This document shows, one piece after another, positions 25,806 to 37,559 of a stretch of DNA of 64,000 nucleotides. The notes beneath the pieces were generated by a model that did not search any database, was not told the DNA's origin, and was given only the letters and a program-made list of their open reading frames with translations. This DNA comes from Actinomycetes bacterium. Its GTDB lineage: Bacteria > Actinomycetota > Thermoleophilia > Solirubrobacterales > JACPNS01. Every line of letters starts with the position of its first letter. Position 1 is the first letter of the stretch. The translations under genes were made by a program, and so were the position numbers. Location: the NCBI GenBank assembly GCA_023404495.1, contig JAEYBE010000033.1, positions 72,032 to 136,031 on the forward strand, written 5' to 3'.

Positions 25806-27281
25806 CTAGCGAAGCCGCGCGCTGACGGACTTCGAGTGCGCTGCCATCACGGTGTTGCCGCCAAAGTCCGCCGTCAATGTGACCCTGCGCTTGCGCTGCT
25901 TGGCCGGCAGCGTGAGACCGAAGTTCGAGCGGCAACTGACTCTCCCGCCGCGCGTGACCTTGCGTGTCGTGTTGGCCAGAACGCGCTTGCCTCCCTTTAC
26001 CCGCAGATTGATTTCTCCGCGGCAGACCGATGCCCGGGCAACGCCGACGGGCATGTCAAACGCGACACGAAAGTCGGTCCGGATTCGCTTACCGCCGTTC
26101 ACACCGCGCGCGCGACGGACCTGCTCGATCGACAGCCCGGGCCGCGCCCGCGCGCCGGTTCCATGCAGCGAGAGCAGCAACTTCGGCGTGCTCAGCACGT
26201 TGGTCGAGAGCTCGATCGTCGCCGAGCGCGTACCCGCCGCCGATGGCGTGAAGGCAACCCTCACCGCGCAGCTCGAGCCGATCGCAATGCTTCCCGCTGC
26301 AACGCAATCCTCGCTCACTGTGTACGCCGAGGTGTCGCCCTTGACATCCGCCGATGTGATCCGCAACGGGCCGACGAAGTTGTTCGTGATCGTGAACTCG
26401 TTGGTCATTGAAGTGCCGAGGCGCACTGGTCCGAATGAGGCGATCGTCCCCGGAGCGATGCTGACCTCGGGGGCGCCAATCGTCGTGCGAATCCATTCGC
26501 GCAGCTTCGAGACGCGGGCGTAGACGCCGGGGTACGGCGCCAGACCGCAACCTTCGCCCCAGCTGACGATGCCCACCTGCAACGGTCCGTCGACCGGACT
26601 GTCGTAGATCAGCGGACCGCCGCTGTCGCCCTGGCAAGCGTCGCGCGCCGGCGGCGGAGCAAAGTGGGCGGCGCAGACCATCGTGTCAGACCAGGGATCG
26701 ATGCCGAAAGCAGTCGCGCACGTATCGTCGGAGGTGATCTCAACACCGGCCTCGTAAAGCTCGTTGGGGAGGTTGTGAATCCCTTCGGCGGGATCGATGT
26801 CGCCCCACCCGGCGACGCGCACGGTTGCTCCTTCGGTGGGATCCTGTGCTGCGGTTGCCAGCGCAATCAGCGGTGCCGAAGACGGACCGCTCAGGTGAAG
26901 CAACGCAACGTCGTAGCCAGCGTCGGCAGAGCCATCAAAATCCGGGTGGATCATCGCCTGATCGACCTTGATGAACTCCCCGCCGCTCAAGAGATCGTTC
27001 GTTCCGAGCAGCACCCAGTGTTCGGCGAACGGATTGCTGTACACGCAATGCGCGGCGGTCAGCACCCACTGACGCTGGACGAGAGTGCCGCCGCAGTCCT
27101 GCGTGCCGTAAGGGTCCTCGGGGTCAGCCAGGACCGCAGCGATGAAGGGCCACGCCGTGCTGTGGTTGGCGACCGGATTACCGCCCACGACATCAGCGGT
27201 CGGCGCGGCCTGCGCGAGCTGCGCCGGACTGGCCAACACGGCACATAGCGCGACCATTGCCGCGAGCCACCACCGCGCCAT
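25806..27281 (-). CDS. secreted trypsin-like serine protease (S1) with choice-of-anchor-D/ASH-like and basic C-terminal domains
   Basis: LTAAHC, GDSGGPL and the signal peptide MARWWLAAMVALCAVLASPAQLAQA. ATG 27281 was chosen within the ORF that extends to 27338. Confidence 0.8.
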   Translation of the reverse strand: MARWWLAAMVALCAVLASPAQLAQAAPTADVVGGNPVANHSTAWPFIAAVLADPEDPYGTQDCGGTLVQRQWVLTAAHCVYSNPFAEHWVLLGTNDLLSGGEFIKVDQAMIHPDFDGSADAGYDVALLHLSGPSSAPLIALATAAQDPTEGATVRVAGWGDIDPAEGIHNLPNELYEAGVEITSDDTCATAFGIDPWSDTMVCAAHFAPPPARDACQGDSGGPLIYDSPVDGPLQVGIVSWGEGCGLAPYPGVYARVSKLREWIRTTIGAPEVSIAPGTIASFGPVRLGTSMTNEFTITNNFVGPLRITSADVKGDTSAYTVSEDCVAAGSIAIGSSCAVRVAFTPSAAGTRSATIELSTNVLSTPKLLLSLHGTGARARPGLSIEQVRRARGVNGGKRIRTDFRVAFDMPVGVARASVCRGEINLRVKGGKRVLANTTRKVTRGGRVSCRSNFGLTLPAKQRKRRVTLTADFGGNTVMAAHSKSVSARLR

Positions 27282-27347
27282 GCCTCGAACTTCCCAATCC
27301 CTGGCCATCGTCCAAAGGCTATATCGCCGGCCGGGCAAATGTCGTTA

Positions 27348-27376
27348 TTGACACTACGTTCAATATCGGCTACGAT
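27348..27376 (+). promoter_or_regulatory. near-consensus sigma-70 promoter TTGACA-N17-TACGAT for the esterase gene
   Basis: Exact -35 TTGACA (27348..27353), a 17-nt spacer and -10 TACGAT (27371..27376), about 100 nt upstream of ATG 27475. Confidence 0.5.
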
Positions 27377-27474
27377 CCTCTTGACCGTCAGTCAAACTCT
27401 GCGCTGGATCGGGGGATCCAGGGCGGATATTCACCCCGGCCGGCGACGGACGGGGCAAGGGGAGATCGAAAATC

Positions 27475-28965
27475 ATGCTCACATCACGCACGTTCGGCAG
27501 AGTGCATCTGCCGATTCGCAACCTCACGATCGGTGCGATCATCGCCGCACTTCTGGCCGCACTGCTTTTGCTTGCAGGCGCCAGCGCAGCGCGCGCCGAT
27601 GCACCAAGCCTGACCTCGCGCAACGGCATCACGGTCACTGGCAACCGCTGGATCACATCACGCACCTTCGAGGTGGATGTCTCTAGCGCCTACGTCACTG
27701 CAAGTGCGGTCAACGGGCCACATCGGATTCGCGTGACACTGCCCAGCAACTACTTCCAAGCGCCCAGCGCCCGCTATCCCGTGGTCTACCTCCTGCATGG
27801 CGGAGCCGGCGGCAACTCCGCGCAGTGGACGACCGGCGGCGGAGCGGCGGAGGCGATCACCAACGGCAAGCAGGTGATCACCGTGATGCCCGACGGGGGA
27901 AAGGTCGGATGGTTCACCAACTGGCTCGACCAGTCCAAAGGCGCGCAACGCTGGGCCGACTTCTATCTCGACCAGGTGATTCCGTTCATCGACGGAAACC
28001 TGCGCACGATCGCGACCAAACAGGGTCGTGGCATCGCAGGACTTTCAATGGGCGGCTACGGCGCGGTGCGTCTGGCACAGGATCGTCCGGATCTCTTCGG
28101 TTCGGTGGCGAGTTTCTCCGGCGCGCTAGACCTCGAAAACAGCGGCACGCAAATCGTCATCTGTGAACAGGCGGTCGAGAATGGTTATGGCTGCAACGCA
28201 CCGTTTGGCAGCCAGTGGGCCACATACAACCCGGTCAAACGTGCGGCTCGCCTGAAGAATCAGAACATTCAGATTCTGCTCTACGCGGGTTCGGGCATCC
28301 ACGATGCCGACGTGCTCGAGCGGACCGTCGGCTGGTCGACTGAAGTCTTCAGCCGCGCGCTGAACGCGCAGGGCATCCCGCACTTCTGGTGGATGTATGG
28401 CCGGCCGGGTCCATCGGTTCCATTCGGCTGCGACGGCGGTCACAACTTCAGCTGCTGGAACTTCGCCTTCAACGACGCGCTGCCGCGCATGCTCGGCACG
28501 CTCTCACCGGCGACGAACCAGCCGCCTCCACCCGCGCCGCCGGCTCCCGGAACGAACATCATCGTCAACGGTGGCTTCGAGGGCTCAATTTCACCATGGG
28601 CCTGCTCGGGTCAGTGCGGCCGCGACTCCGGCGGACTTGCGCGCTCAGGCTCGGGCAACGGCTGGGTGCGCAACACCAGCGGCTGGAACAACCTCTTCCA
28701 GACGCTTCCCGCGCAGGCAAACCGCAACTACCGCGTGACCGCCTGGATCCGCACATCGGCCAACAACACCGACGGCTACTTCGGTCTGCGCACGCCCTCA
28801 GGCCAGGTGCTCGGTGAACGCAAGTACGGAAGATTCGACAACTACACCCAGATCACGTTCGACGTGAACTCAGGTGCCAACACAGAGATTGTCGTCTTCG
28901 CCGGGCTGTGGGCGAACGGCGACACATGGGCGCAGGTCGACGACGTATCGGTCGTCGCGCTCTAG
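27475..28965 (+). CDS. secreted esterase (esterase D / antigen-85-like fold) fused to a C-terminal carbohydrate-binding-like module
   Basis: Signal peptide, YPVVYLLHGGAGG and the nucleophile elbow GLSMGG. A PPPPAPPAP linker is followed by NIIVNGGFEGS...WAQVDDVSV, which is typical of CBM4/9-like jelly rolls. Confidence 0.75.
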   Translation: MLTSRTFGRVHLPIRNLTIGAIIAALLAALLLLAGASAARADAPSLTSRNGITVTGNRWITSRTFEVDVSSAYVTASAVNGPHRIRVTLPSNYFQAPSARYPVVYLLHGGAGGNSAQWTTGGGAAEAITNGKQVITVMPDGGKVGWFTNWLDQSKGAQRWADFYLDQVIPFIDGNLRTIATKQGRGIAGLSMGGYGAVRLAQDRPDLFGSVASFSGALDLENSGTQIVICEQAVENGYGCNAPFGSQWATYNPVKRAARLKNQNIQILLYAGSGIHDADVLERTVGWSTEVFSRALNAQGIPHFWWMYGRPGPSVPFGCDGGHNFSCWNFAFNDALPRMLGTLSPATNQPPPPAPPAPGTNIIVNGGFEGSISPWACSGQCGRDSGGLARSGSGNGWVRNTSGWNNLFQTLPAQANRNYRVTAWIRTSANNTDGYFGLRTPSGQVLGERKYGRFDNYTQITFDVNSGANTEIVVFAGLWANGDTWAQVDDVSVVAL

Positions 28966-29024
28966 CCCAGGAAAGAGGTCATCGCGGCGCCGGTTGGTCC
29001 CCCCGGCCGGCGTCGCGAACGACT

Positions 29025-29648
29025 TCAGCCTTGATCCGCGGCGACGCGACGTGCCGTGCCGACGATCCCATCGAGCGCACCGACGAGCAGGTCGCAAAGC
29101 TCCTGCTCGCTCATGTCGCGCTTTCGCAACCAGTCTGCCGTCACGATCCGCGCGAACGCGAGCCAGCCCCAGATCGATCGGCTGAGCATGTCCGACGGCA
29201 CCTCGTCTTCTGAGCCCGGGCCGCCGGGCATGTCGCCCATCGCGCCGACCATCTGGCCGATGATCCGCTCGGCCGCCTCGCGAAAGACAGCGTCGATCTT
29301 CGCATCCCCTGCTGACCATGTCGAAAGGATCACCTCAACGCCTTCGGTCTCAGAGGCCCAGGCCACAAACTCGGCGACTGCCGCCAGTTCGCGCTCGCGC
29401 GGCGGAAGCGCGGGGTCGGGCGTGGTTCGGGCGACCAGGCCCGCCATCAACGACCGCACGACCGCGATGTAGAGGCCGCGTTTGCTCTCGAAGTAGTAGA
29501 ACGCCAGGCCTTTGGCCACCCCGGCCTCGGCGACGATGTCGTCGACGCGAACCTCCTCATAGGGTCGCTTGAGGAACTGTCGCGTCGCCGCCGTCAGCAG
29601 TGCCTCGCGGAGCTCGGGCCGCTGACTCCCTGCCGCCGAGTCGGCCAT
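29025..29648 (-). CDS. TetR family transcriptional regulator
   Basis: N-terminal HTH YEEVRVDDIVAEAGVAKGLAFYYFESKRGLY. Its start codon directly abuts the nadC stop. Confidence 0.85.
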   Translation of the reverse strand: MADSAAGSQRPELREALLTAATRQFLKRPYEEVRVDDIVAEAGVAKGLAFYYFESKRGLYIAVVRSLMAGLVARTTPDPALPPRERELAAVAEFVAWASETEGVEVILSTWSAGDAKIDAVFREAAERIIGQMVGAMGDMPGGPGSEDEVPSDMLSRSIWGWLAFARIVTADWLRKRDMSEQELCDLLVGALDGIVGTARRVAADQG

Positions 29649-30479
29649 CTAGGACTCGATGATCATCGAGAGATCCAGTGCGGGCGCCCCGTGGGTGAGC
29701 GAGCCCATCGAGATGAAGTCAACGCCGGTCTCGGCGGCCGCGCGAACGTTTTCGACGCGATAGCCGCCGGAGGCTTCGAGCTTGGCCCGGCCGGCGACCT
29801 GCGCGACCGCCGCGCGGAGTTCGGCCGTGTCCATGTTGTCAAGCAGAAGGTGATCCGCGCCAGCCGCGAGCGCCTCGTCGATCTCGGCCGGATTTCGAAC
29901 CTCGATCTCTAGCGCGAGCTGCGAGCCATCCCGGCAGCGCCCGATTGCCGCGCCGATTCCGCCGGCCGCCGCGATGTGGTTCTCCTTGATCAGGATCGCG
30001 TCGAAGAGGCCGATGCGATGATTGGTCGCGCCGCCCGCCGCCACCGCGGCCTTCTCCAGCGCCCGCATGCCCGGCGTGGTCTTTCGCGTGTCGAGGATCT
30101 TCGCGTCCGTTCCCTCAATCGCCTTGACCGCCTTCGCAGCTGCTGTAGCCACGCCGGAGAGATGCATCATGAAGTTCAGCGCGGTGCGCTCGGCCGTCAG
30201 TAGCGATGCCGCACGACCCGAGATCGTCGCGACCTCACCGCCGTCGCTCCAGATTCCCTCTGATTTGACGCGGGCGTACTCGGCCGTTGGGTCGATCTCG
30301 CGGAACACGTATTCCGCGACATCGTGGCCGAAGATCACGCCCGGCTGCTTCTGGCGGATCGTCGCAGTCGCAGGCTCAAGCAAGTCGACGGTCAGCTCGG
30401 TGGTGATGTCCCCCTCCCCGACGTCTTCAGCGATCGCCATGGCGACCAACTGTGCGTAGTCCTCGCGCGCGAGGGTCAT
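29649..30479 (-). CDS. nadC: nicotinate-nucleotide pyrophosphorylase (quinolinate phosphoribosyltransferase)
   Basis: Motifs ERTALNFMMHLSGVAT, ILDTRKTTPGMR and LIKENHI. ATG 30479 (MTLARED...) was chosen inside the ORF that extends to 30593, because that ORF would overlap prfB. Confidence 0.9.
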   Translation of the reverse strand: MTLAREDYAQLVAMAIAEDVGEGDITTELTVDLLEPATATIRQKQPGVIFGHDVAEYVFREIDPTAEYARVKSEGIWSDGGEVATISGRAASLLTAERTALNFMMHLSGVATAAAKAVKAIEGTDAKILDTRKTTPGMRALEKAAVAAGGATNHRIGLFDAILIKENHIAAAGGIGAAIGRCRDGSQLALEIEVRNPAEIDEALAAGADHLLLDNMDTAELRAAVAQVAGRAKLEASGGYRVENVRAAAETGVDFISMGSLTHGAPALDLSMIIES

Positions 30480-30483
30480 CGTG

Positions 30484-31623
30484 CTAGCCGTCCTTCGCGC
30501 TTCCCGCGCGCTCGCTCGGTCGTCCAGCGGCCCGGCGCGAGAGCTCGGCATGGACGAACCCGTCGAGGTCGCCGTCGAGCACACGTTGAACATCGCCCAT
30601 CTCGAAGTTCGTGCGATGGTCCTTGACCATCGAGTACGGATGCAGCACGTAACTGCGAATCTGCGAACCGAAGTTGACGTCGATCGCCTCGCCCTTTTCG
30701 GCGGCCAGCTCGGCAGCCCGCTTCTCCTCTTCGAGCGCGACGATCCGCGCCCGGAGCATCTTCATCGCCGTGTTCTTGTTTGCGCCCTGCGAGCGCTCGT
30801 CCTGGCACTGAACGACGATGCCGGTCGGCCGATGCGTGATGCGCACGGCGCTATCGGTCTTGTTGACGTGCTGGCCGCCCGCACCGGAGGCGCGGTAGGT
30901 GTCGATCTGCAGGTCTGATTCGTCGATCTCGACGTCGAGGTCGTCATCAACCAGCGGGGCGACTTCAACTCCTGCGAATGATGTCTGCCGGCGATGTGCC
31001 GAGTCGAACGGGCTGAGGCGCACGAGGCGGTGGACGCCACGTTCGGCGGCGAAGAGGCCATACGCGTTCTCGCCGTGCACGAGAAACGTGGCCCGGGTGA
31101 TCCCGGCTTCCTGTCCGGCGTTGACTTCCTTGAGCTCGACCTTGAAGCCGCGCCCTTCGGCCCAGCGAGTCATCATCCGCAGCACCATCTCCGCCCAGTC
31201 CTGGGCGTCGGTACCGCCGGCGCCATCCTGGATCGTCACCACGGCGTCCCCTGCGTCGTACTCGCCGGAGAAGAGTCGCTCCTCCTCGAGCACCGCCATG
31301 CGCTTCTCTAGGTCGGCGAGTTGCTCTTCGAGCTCGTCGGCCATCGACTCGTCTTCTGCTGCCATCTCGGCGAGCGCGGTGAGATCCTCGACTTCGGAGG
31401 AGACGGCGTCGAACTCTTCAACCTTGCGATTGGCGCGCGAGTACTCGGCGTTGATCTTGGCCGCCTTCTCTTGGTCGTCCCAGAATCCCTCGGCACCCAT
31501 CTCAGACTCCAGCGCTTCGACGCGGGCGACCAGCGTAGGCCGGTCCAGCGCATCGGCCAACAGCTTCAGCTGACCCTGAACCGCGGAAATGCGTTGTTGG
31601 AGTTCGTGCTCGTCGAGTGCCAT
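30484..31623 (-). CDS. prfB: peptide chain release factor 2
   Basis: SPF tripeptide (RLSPFDS) and GGQ (SGAGGQHVNKT). It reads uninterrupted from ATG 31623 (MALDEHELQQ), so there is no +1 frameshift site. Confidence 0.93.
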   Translation of the reverse strand: MALDEHELQQRISAVQGQLKLLADALDRPTLVARVEALESEMGAEGFWDDQEKAAKINAEYSRANRKVEEFDAVSSEVEDLTALAEMAAEDESMADELEEQLADLEKRMAVLEEERLFSGEYDAGDAVVTIQDGAGGTDAQDWAEMVLRMMTRWAEGRGFKVELKEVNAGQEAGITRATFLVHGENAYGLFAAERGVHRLVRLSPFDSAHRRQTSFAGVEVAPLVDDDLDVEIDESDLQIDTYRASGAGGQHVNKTDSAVRITHRPTGIVVQCQDERSQGANKNTAMKMLRARIVALEEEKRAAELAAEKGEAIDVNFGSQIRSYVLHPYSMVKDHRTNFEMGDVQRVLDGDLDGFVHAELSRRAAGRPSERAGSAKDG

Positions 31624-31674
31624 TCGCAGGGCAAGGCTATCGGCGTCGTCCTCGCGGGCGCATAGTCTTGCCCG

Positions 31675-32385
31675 ATGGGAACAGACGTTCGCAGCGCACC
31701 GACTCGCATCGCCGCCGTCAGCGTCGGCGTACTGTGGGGTCGCAAGCACCGCGACCGGCGCCCGGAACAACTGCCGGTGACCGAAATCGGCGTCGCGATC
31801 TTCGACCGCTCGGGCGCAGAGATCTCTCTGGAAGAGCGGTCGGTGCTCTCCGGCTCGCAGCTCACCGACGCGCCGGAGCGCTTGCTCGCGCTGGAGCTCC
31901 CGCTCGTCGGATACAACGCGCTGCGCTTTGACTGGGTGGCACTCGACGCCCTGTCTGGGGCGGGCCGATTGATCGCGCACACGATCGACATCTACTCGGC
32001 GCTCTATCCATGCGTTTCGGAGATTGTCGACGCGGAGGGCGTCTCGGCCTTCCCCGTGAACGGCGAGTACGGCGTACTCCACCCCCACCGTGTCGCCGAG
32101 ACGAATCTCGGGTATCTGCCCGGCGGCGGAGAGGATCCAGTCGGCGAAGCTGAGCTTGCGGCCGAGCTCTGGCACCACCTGCTGACCAACGAGCGCGCTG
32201 TGCTGGCGGGTCGCACGCTTCCGCTGGAGGCCGAACAACTCGAGGTTCTGCGCGGCGCGCAACCGGCGATCGGCGATGAGTCCCACTGGCGCGCGATGCT
32301 TGCCAAGCGTCCGGAACCCACGCCGTTTCGCAGGCGTACTCGCCATCCGGTCACATTTCCGCGCGTAGACCAGCGCTACGTGTGA
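31675..32385 (+). CDS. hypothetical protein, possibly a degenerate RNase H-like/DEDD exonuclease fold
   Basis: 236-aa ORF with high GC3 in this frame (17/20 in a sampled stretch, against 12/20 for the antisense frame). LVGYNALRFDWVAL resembles the Exo II motif of YprB/PolB-exo-like proteins. There is no clear DxE motif and the start is uncertain. Confidence 0.45.
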   Translation: MGTDVRSAPTRIAAVSVGVLWGRKHRDRRPEQLPVTEIGVAIFDRSGAEISLEERSVLSGSQLTDAPERLLALELPLVGYNALRFDWVALDALSGAGRLIAHTIDIYSALYPCVSEIVDAEGVSAFPVNGEYGVLHPHRVAETNLGYLPGGGEDPVGEAELAAELWHHLLTNERAVLAGRTLPLEAEQLEVLRGAQPAIGDESHWRAMLAKRPEPTPFRRRTRHPVTFPRVDQRYV

Positions 32386-32431
32386 CATTCGTAGCGCTTT
32401 TATTGCGCTTGTAGCGCTTTATTAGCGCTAC
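32372..32431 (+). promoter_or_regulatory. candidate VapB operator array (four AGCGCTAC/GTAGCGCT boxes)
   Basis: AGCGCTAC at 32372, GTAGCGCT at 32391 and 32411, and AGCGCTAC at 32424. A 20-bp tandem unit GTAGCGCTTT(T)ATT.GCGCT. also occurs. The array sits directly upstream of vapB. Confidence 0.45.
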
Positions 32432-32449
32432 TTGCTGTATTCTGGACCG

Positions 32450-32698
32450 ATGGCCACGATTCAGATTCGCAATCTCCCCGAAGAGACCGTTCGCGCCTGG
32501 AAGGTGCGCGCCGCGAAATCCGGCAAGTCGCTCCAGGAGTACATGCGGGAGTACCTGACCGCCGAAGCGGAAAAGCCGACGGTCGAAGAGTTGGTCGAGC
32601 GCATGGAACTGCGAGCAGCCCAACGGCAGGCGCAGGGCTCCGGAATCGATCTACCGCTCGAGGAGACGCTCAAAGGCATCAAGGAAACCTGGGACTGA
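32450..32698 (+). CDS. vapB: ribbon-helix-helix antitoxin (VapB/FitA-like)
   Basis: MATIQIRNLPEETVRAWKVRAAKSGKSLQEYMREYL is a typical RHH N-terminus. The gene ends 2 nt before the PIN gene. Confidence 0.75.
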   Translation: MATIQIRNLPEETVRAWKVRAAKSGKSLQEYMREYLTAEAEKPTVEELVERMELRAAQRQAQGSGIDLPLEETLKGIKETWD

Positions 32699-32700
32699 GC

Positions 32701-33093
32701 TTGATCGTCGTCGACTCGTCCCTCCTGGTGAACGCTTTCGGCGGAGCCGGTCCGCTGGCGGCGAGTGCTCGGGCCGCGCTGTTCTCCGAAGAGCCGGCAG
32801 CACCCTTTCATGTCGACATCGAGACGCTGTCAGCATGGCGACGCCAGGTCAGGACTGGATCGATTCCGCTAGCGTGGATCGAAGAAGCCCGCAACGACCT
32901 TCGAGACGCTCCGATTCTGCGCATTCCCCATGAACCGCTCCTCGATCGAATCTGGGAGCTCCGCGAGAATGTCACGCCGGCCGACGGGGCATACGTCGCG
33001 ATGGCGGAAGAGCTGGGCGTTCGATTGGTCACCTGCGACGCGCGACTGACGCGCGCCCCAGGCACCCGCTGCGAGTTCGAACTGATCGAGTAG
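32701..33093 (+). CDS. vapC: PIN-domain ribonuclease toxin
   Basis: 130 aa with a TTG start. It has the N-terminal IVVDSS acidic motif and later conserved acidic residues (ADGAYVAMAEE, TCDARL). Confidence 0.8.
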   Translation: MIVVDSSLLVNAFGGAGPLAASARAALFSEEPAAPFHVDIETLSAWRRQVRTGSIPLAWIEEARNDLRDAPILRIPHEPLLDRIWELRENVTPADGAYVAMAEELGVRLVTCDARLTRAPGTRCEFELIE

Positions 33094-33101
33094 CCGTAAA
33101 G

Positions 33102-35969
<2,868 letters not shown>

Positions 35970-36013
35970 AGGGGCTTACTTTACCCCTGAAGCGCGCCGC
36001 TCCTGCCTGTCGG

Positions 36014-36379
36014 TCAGGCGGTCAGGCCCGGCGGCTGCGCACCCATCGCCTTTGCGGTGCTGCGCTGGGCGGTGCGCCGCGCGCGGCGCTTGGCGGCCAG
36101 CTTGTCGACCTGACGGGCGAGCTCGTCGGACACCTCGTGCATGGCGTGCTTGAGATCGAATGAGCGGTCAGAGGCGCGCAGCGTCTTGCCCTTCACGTGC
36201 AGCGTCGCATCGACGCTGAAGTGATCCGGAATCGCCGGGTTGTGGTCGTCCTTGAACTCAAGCTCCAACCGCGCGAGGTCGGAGACCATCTTGTCGACCT
36301 TCTCGAAGCGGCGCGCCGCGTACGCGCGCAGTTCTTCGGTGATTGCGATCCCGTTGCGTGACCTGATCTCAATCTGCAT
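36014..36379 (-). CDS. hpf: ribosome hibernation promoting factor / RaiA family (short form)
   Basis: MQIEIRSRNGIAITEELRAYAARRFEKV... fits the S30AE family and the gene has the conserved position next to secA. ATG 36379 was chosen inside the ORF that extends to 36436. Confidence 0.8.
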   Translation of the reverse strand: MQIEIRSRNGIAITEELRAYAARRFEKVDKMVSDLARLELEFKDDHNPAIPDHFSVDATLHVKGKTLRASDRSFDLKHAMHEVSDELARQVDKLAAKRRARRTAQRSTAKAMGAQPPGLTA

Positions 36380-36531
36380 GTCCAACCAACTCCCAATCTC
36401 GTGTTGCAATGACTTCGGAAGCTGAACGGACTGCACTCGCGCGACGCCTGACCGACCGGCTGCGGAGCTGCGGCGCTGGGGGGCGCCGCCGTCCGGTCAG
36501 ACTTGCCGGGGCGGTGGCTCCACCCTCGCCC

Positions 36532-37242
36532 TCACGCGACCGCGAACGCGACTGCGCGAAGCGGCCCTCGGCCGGCCTCGGGCTGTCGTTCTCGAATCGC
36601 CTGAGTGCATACCTCCAATGTAATGCCTGTGGTGGCTACGTCGTCGCACACAACAACGTTCGTCGGCAGCGGCCCTAAAGGGTCCAGTCCCGAGTGCCGA
36701 AGCGCGCGCCGGTCCAGCGCGATGGAGGTGGCGGGAAAGGCCAGTCGCTCGCGGCGGTCCAGTTGCGATTGTGGCGGTCGCGAACCGTCTCGGACGAGCC
36801 ACTCCGCCGCACGGGCACCGGTGATAGCGGCGATCTCGCGGGCGAGCAAGAGCGACTGGTTGTAGCCACGGGCCCGCCGCCTGGCCGGATGAGCGGGCAC
36901 GGCGATTATCCAGTCCGCATCGCAGAGCCAGTCGCCGACGCGCCCGACCATGAGCTCGGCCATCTCAGCGGCGAGCGCCACCGCGCCGGCGAATTTCAGC
37001 GACCCGACGAGCGTCCGGGCCGTGCCCTCGTAGGCAAAGGCCGCCGCGACGCCGTTGCGCCGAGTCGGGCGGGGTGACCGCGCCAACGCGCTCCGGCACA
37101 CGGCGCAGATCCAACGATCGACTTCGGTCGGCCTGCCGCATCCCGAACAGCGCGGAGGTGCGATCAAGGCAGAGAGTCTTTGGATCGCGGGCGGGCTCAC
37201 GAGGGGATGATCCCGTCCGACGTGTGACGCTTCAAGACACAA
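36532..37242 (-). CDS. comF: ComF family phosphoribosyltransferase-like protein
   Basis: N-terminal Cys cluster CSGCGRP...CAVCRSAL and C-terminal PRTase loop VVVCDDVATTGITL, with hpf-comF synteny. The start is uncertain. Confidence 0.75.
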   Translation of the reverse strand: MCLEASHVGRDHPLVSPPAIQRLSALIAPPRCSGCGRPTEVDRWICAVCRSALARSPRPTRRNGVAAAFAYEGTARTLVGSLKFAGAVALAAEMAELMVGRVGDWLCDADWIIAVPAHPARRRARGYNQSLLLAREIAAITGARAAEWLVRDGSRPPQSQLDRRERLAFPATSIALDRRALRHSGLDPLGPLPTNVVVCDDVATTGITLEVCTQAIRERQPEAGRGPLRAVAFAVA

Positions 37243-37259
37243 ATGTCAAACTTCAGCCA

Positions 37260-37559
37260 ATGAGCCGCGAAGAAATCGTCACAGCGACCGGGATCGTGAT
37301 GTTCTTCTGGGACTCCGGCGACGAGGAGCGGCATCTGCTCGTCAACATCGAGCCGGATGATCACCACAAGCCCGACGCGTTCGAGCTGACCGGTGACCTA
37401 CGCGACTCGGCGATCGAGAAGATCGCCGAAGGCGCGCGCGTCGAGGTCGACTATCTGGTCGAACACCACGAGGTCGTCGATCCGGACGGCGCGACGACAC
37501 TCGACTCGAGCCGGCCGAACATCGTCGAGGTTCGGATCGACCTGACTAGCGGAGCTTGA
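37260..37559 (+). CDS. hypothetical small acidic protein
   Basis: 99 aa from ATG 37260 inside the longer ORF 37074..37559. No motif is recognised. It converges on and overlaps the zincin gene by 14 nt. Confidence 0.4.
   Translation: MSREEIVTATGIVMFFWDSGDEERHLLVNIEPDDHHKPDAFELTGDLRDSAIEKIAEGARVEVDYLVEHHEVVDPDGATTLDSSRPNIVEVRIDLTSGA

Noticed and set aside
27381-27395. TTGAC-cgtca-GTCAA dyad just downstream of the esterase promoter, as a possible TetR operator.
   Set aside because: The arms are only 5 bp, which is easily expected by chance. It is kept as a note only.
30484-31623. Programmed +1 frameshift in prfB.
   Set aside because: RF2 is read in one uninterrupted frame from MALDEHELQQ, with no in-frame UGA near codon 25. 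This organism evidently lacks the frameshift site.
31624-32388. N-terminal 255-codon extension of the prfB ORF.
   Set aside because: RF2 homology starts at ATG 31623. The extension has poor GC3 and a non-protein-like composition, and the opposite strand codes better.
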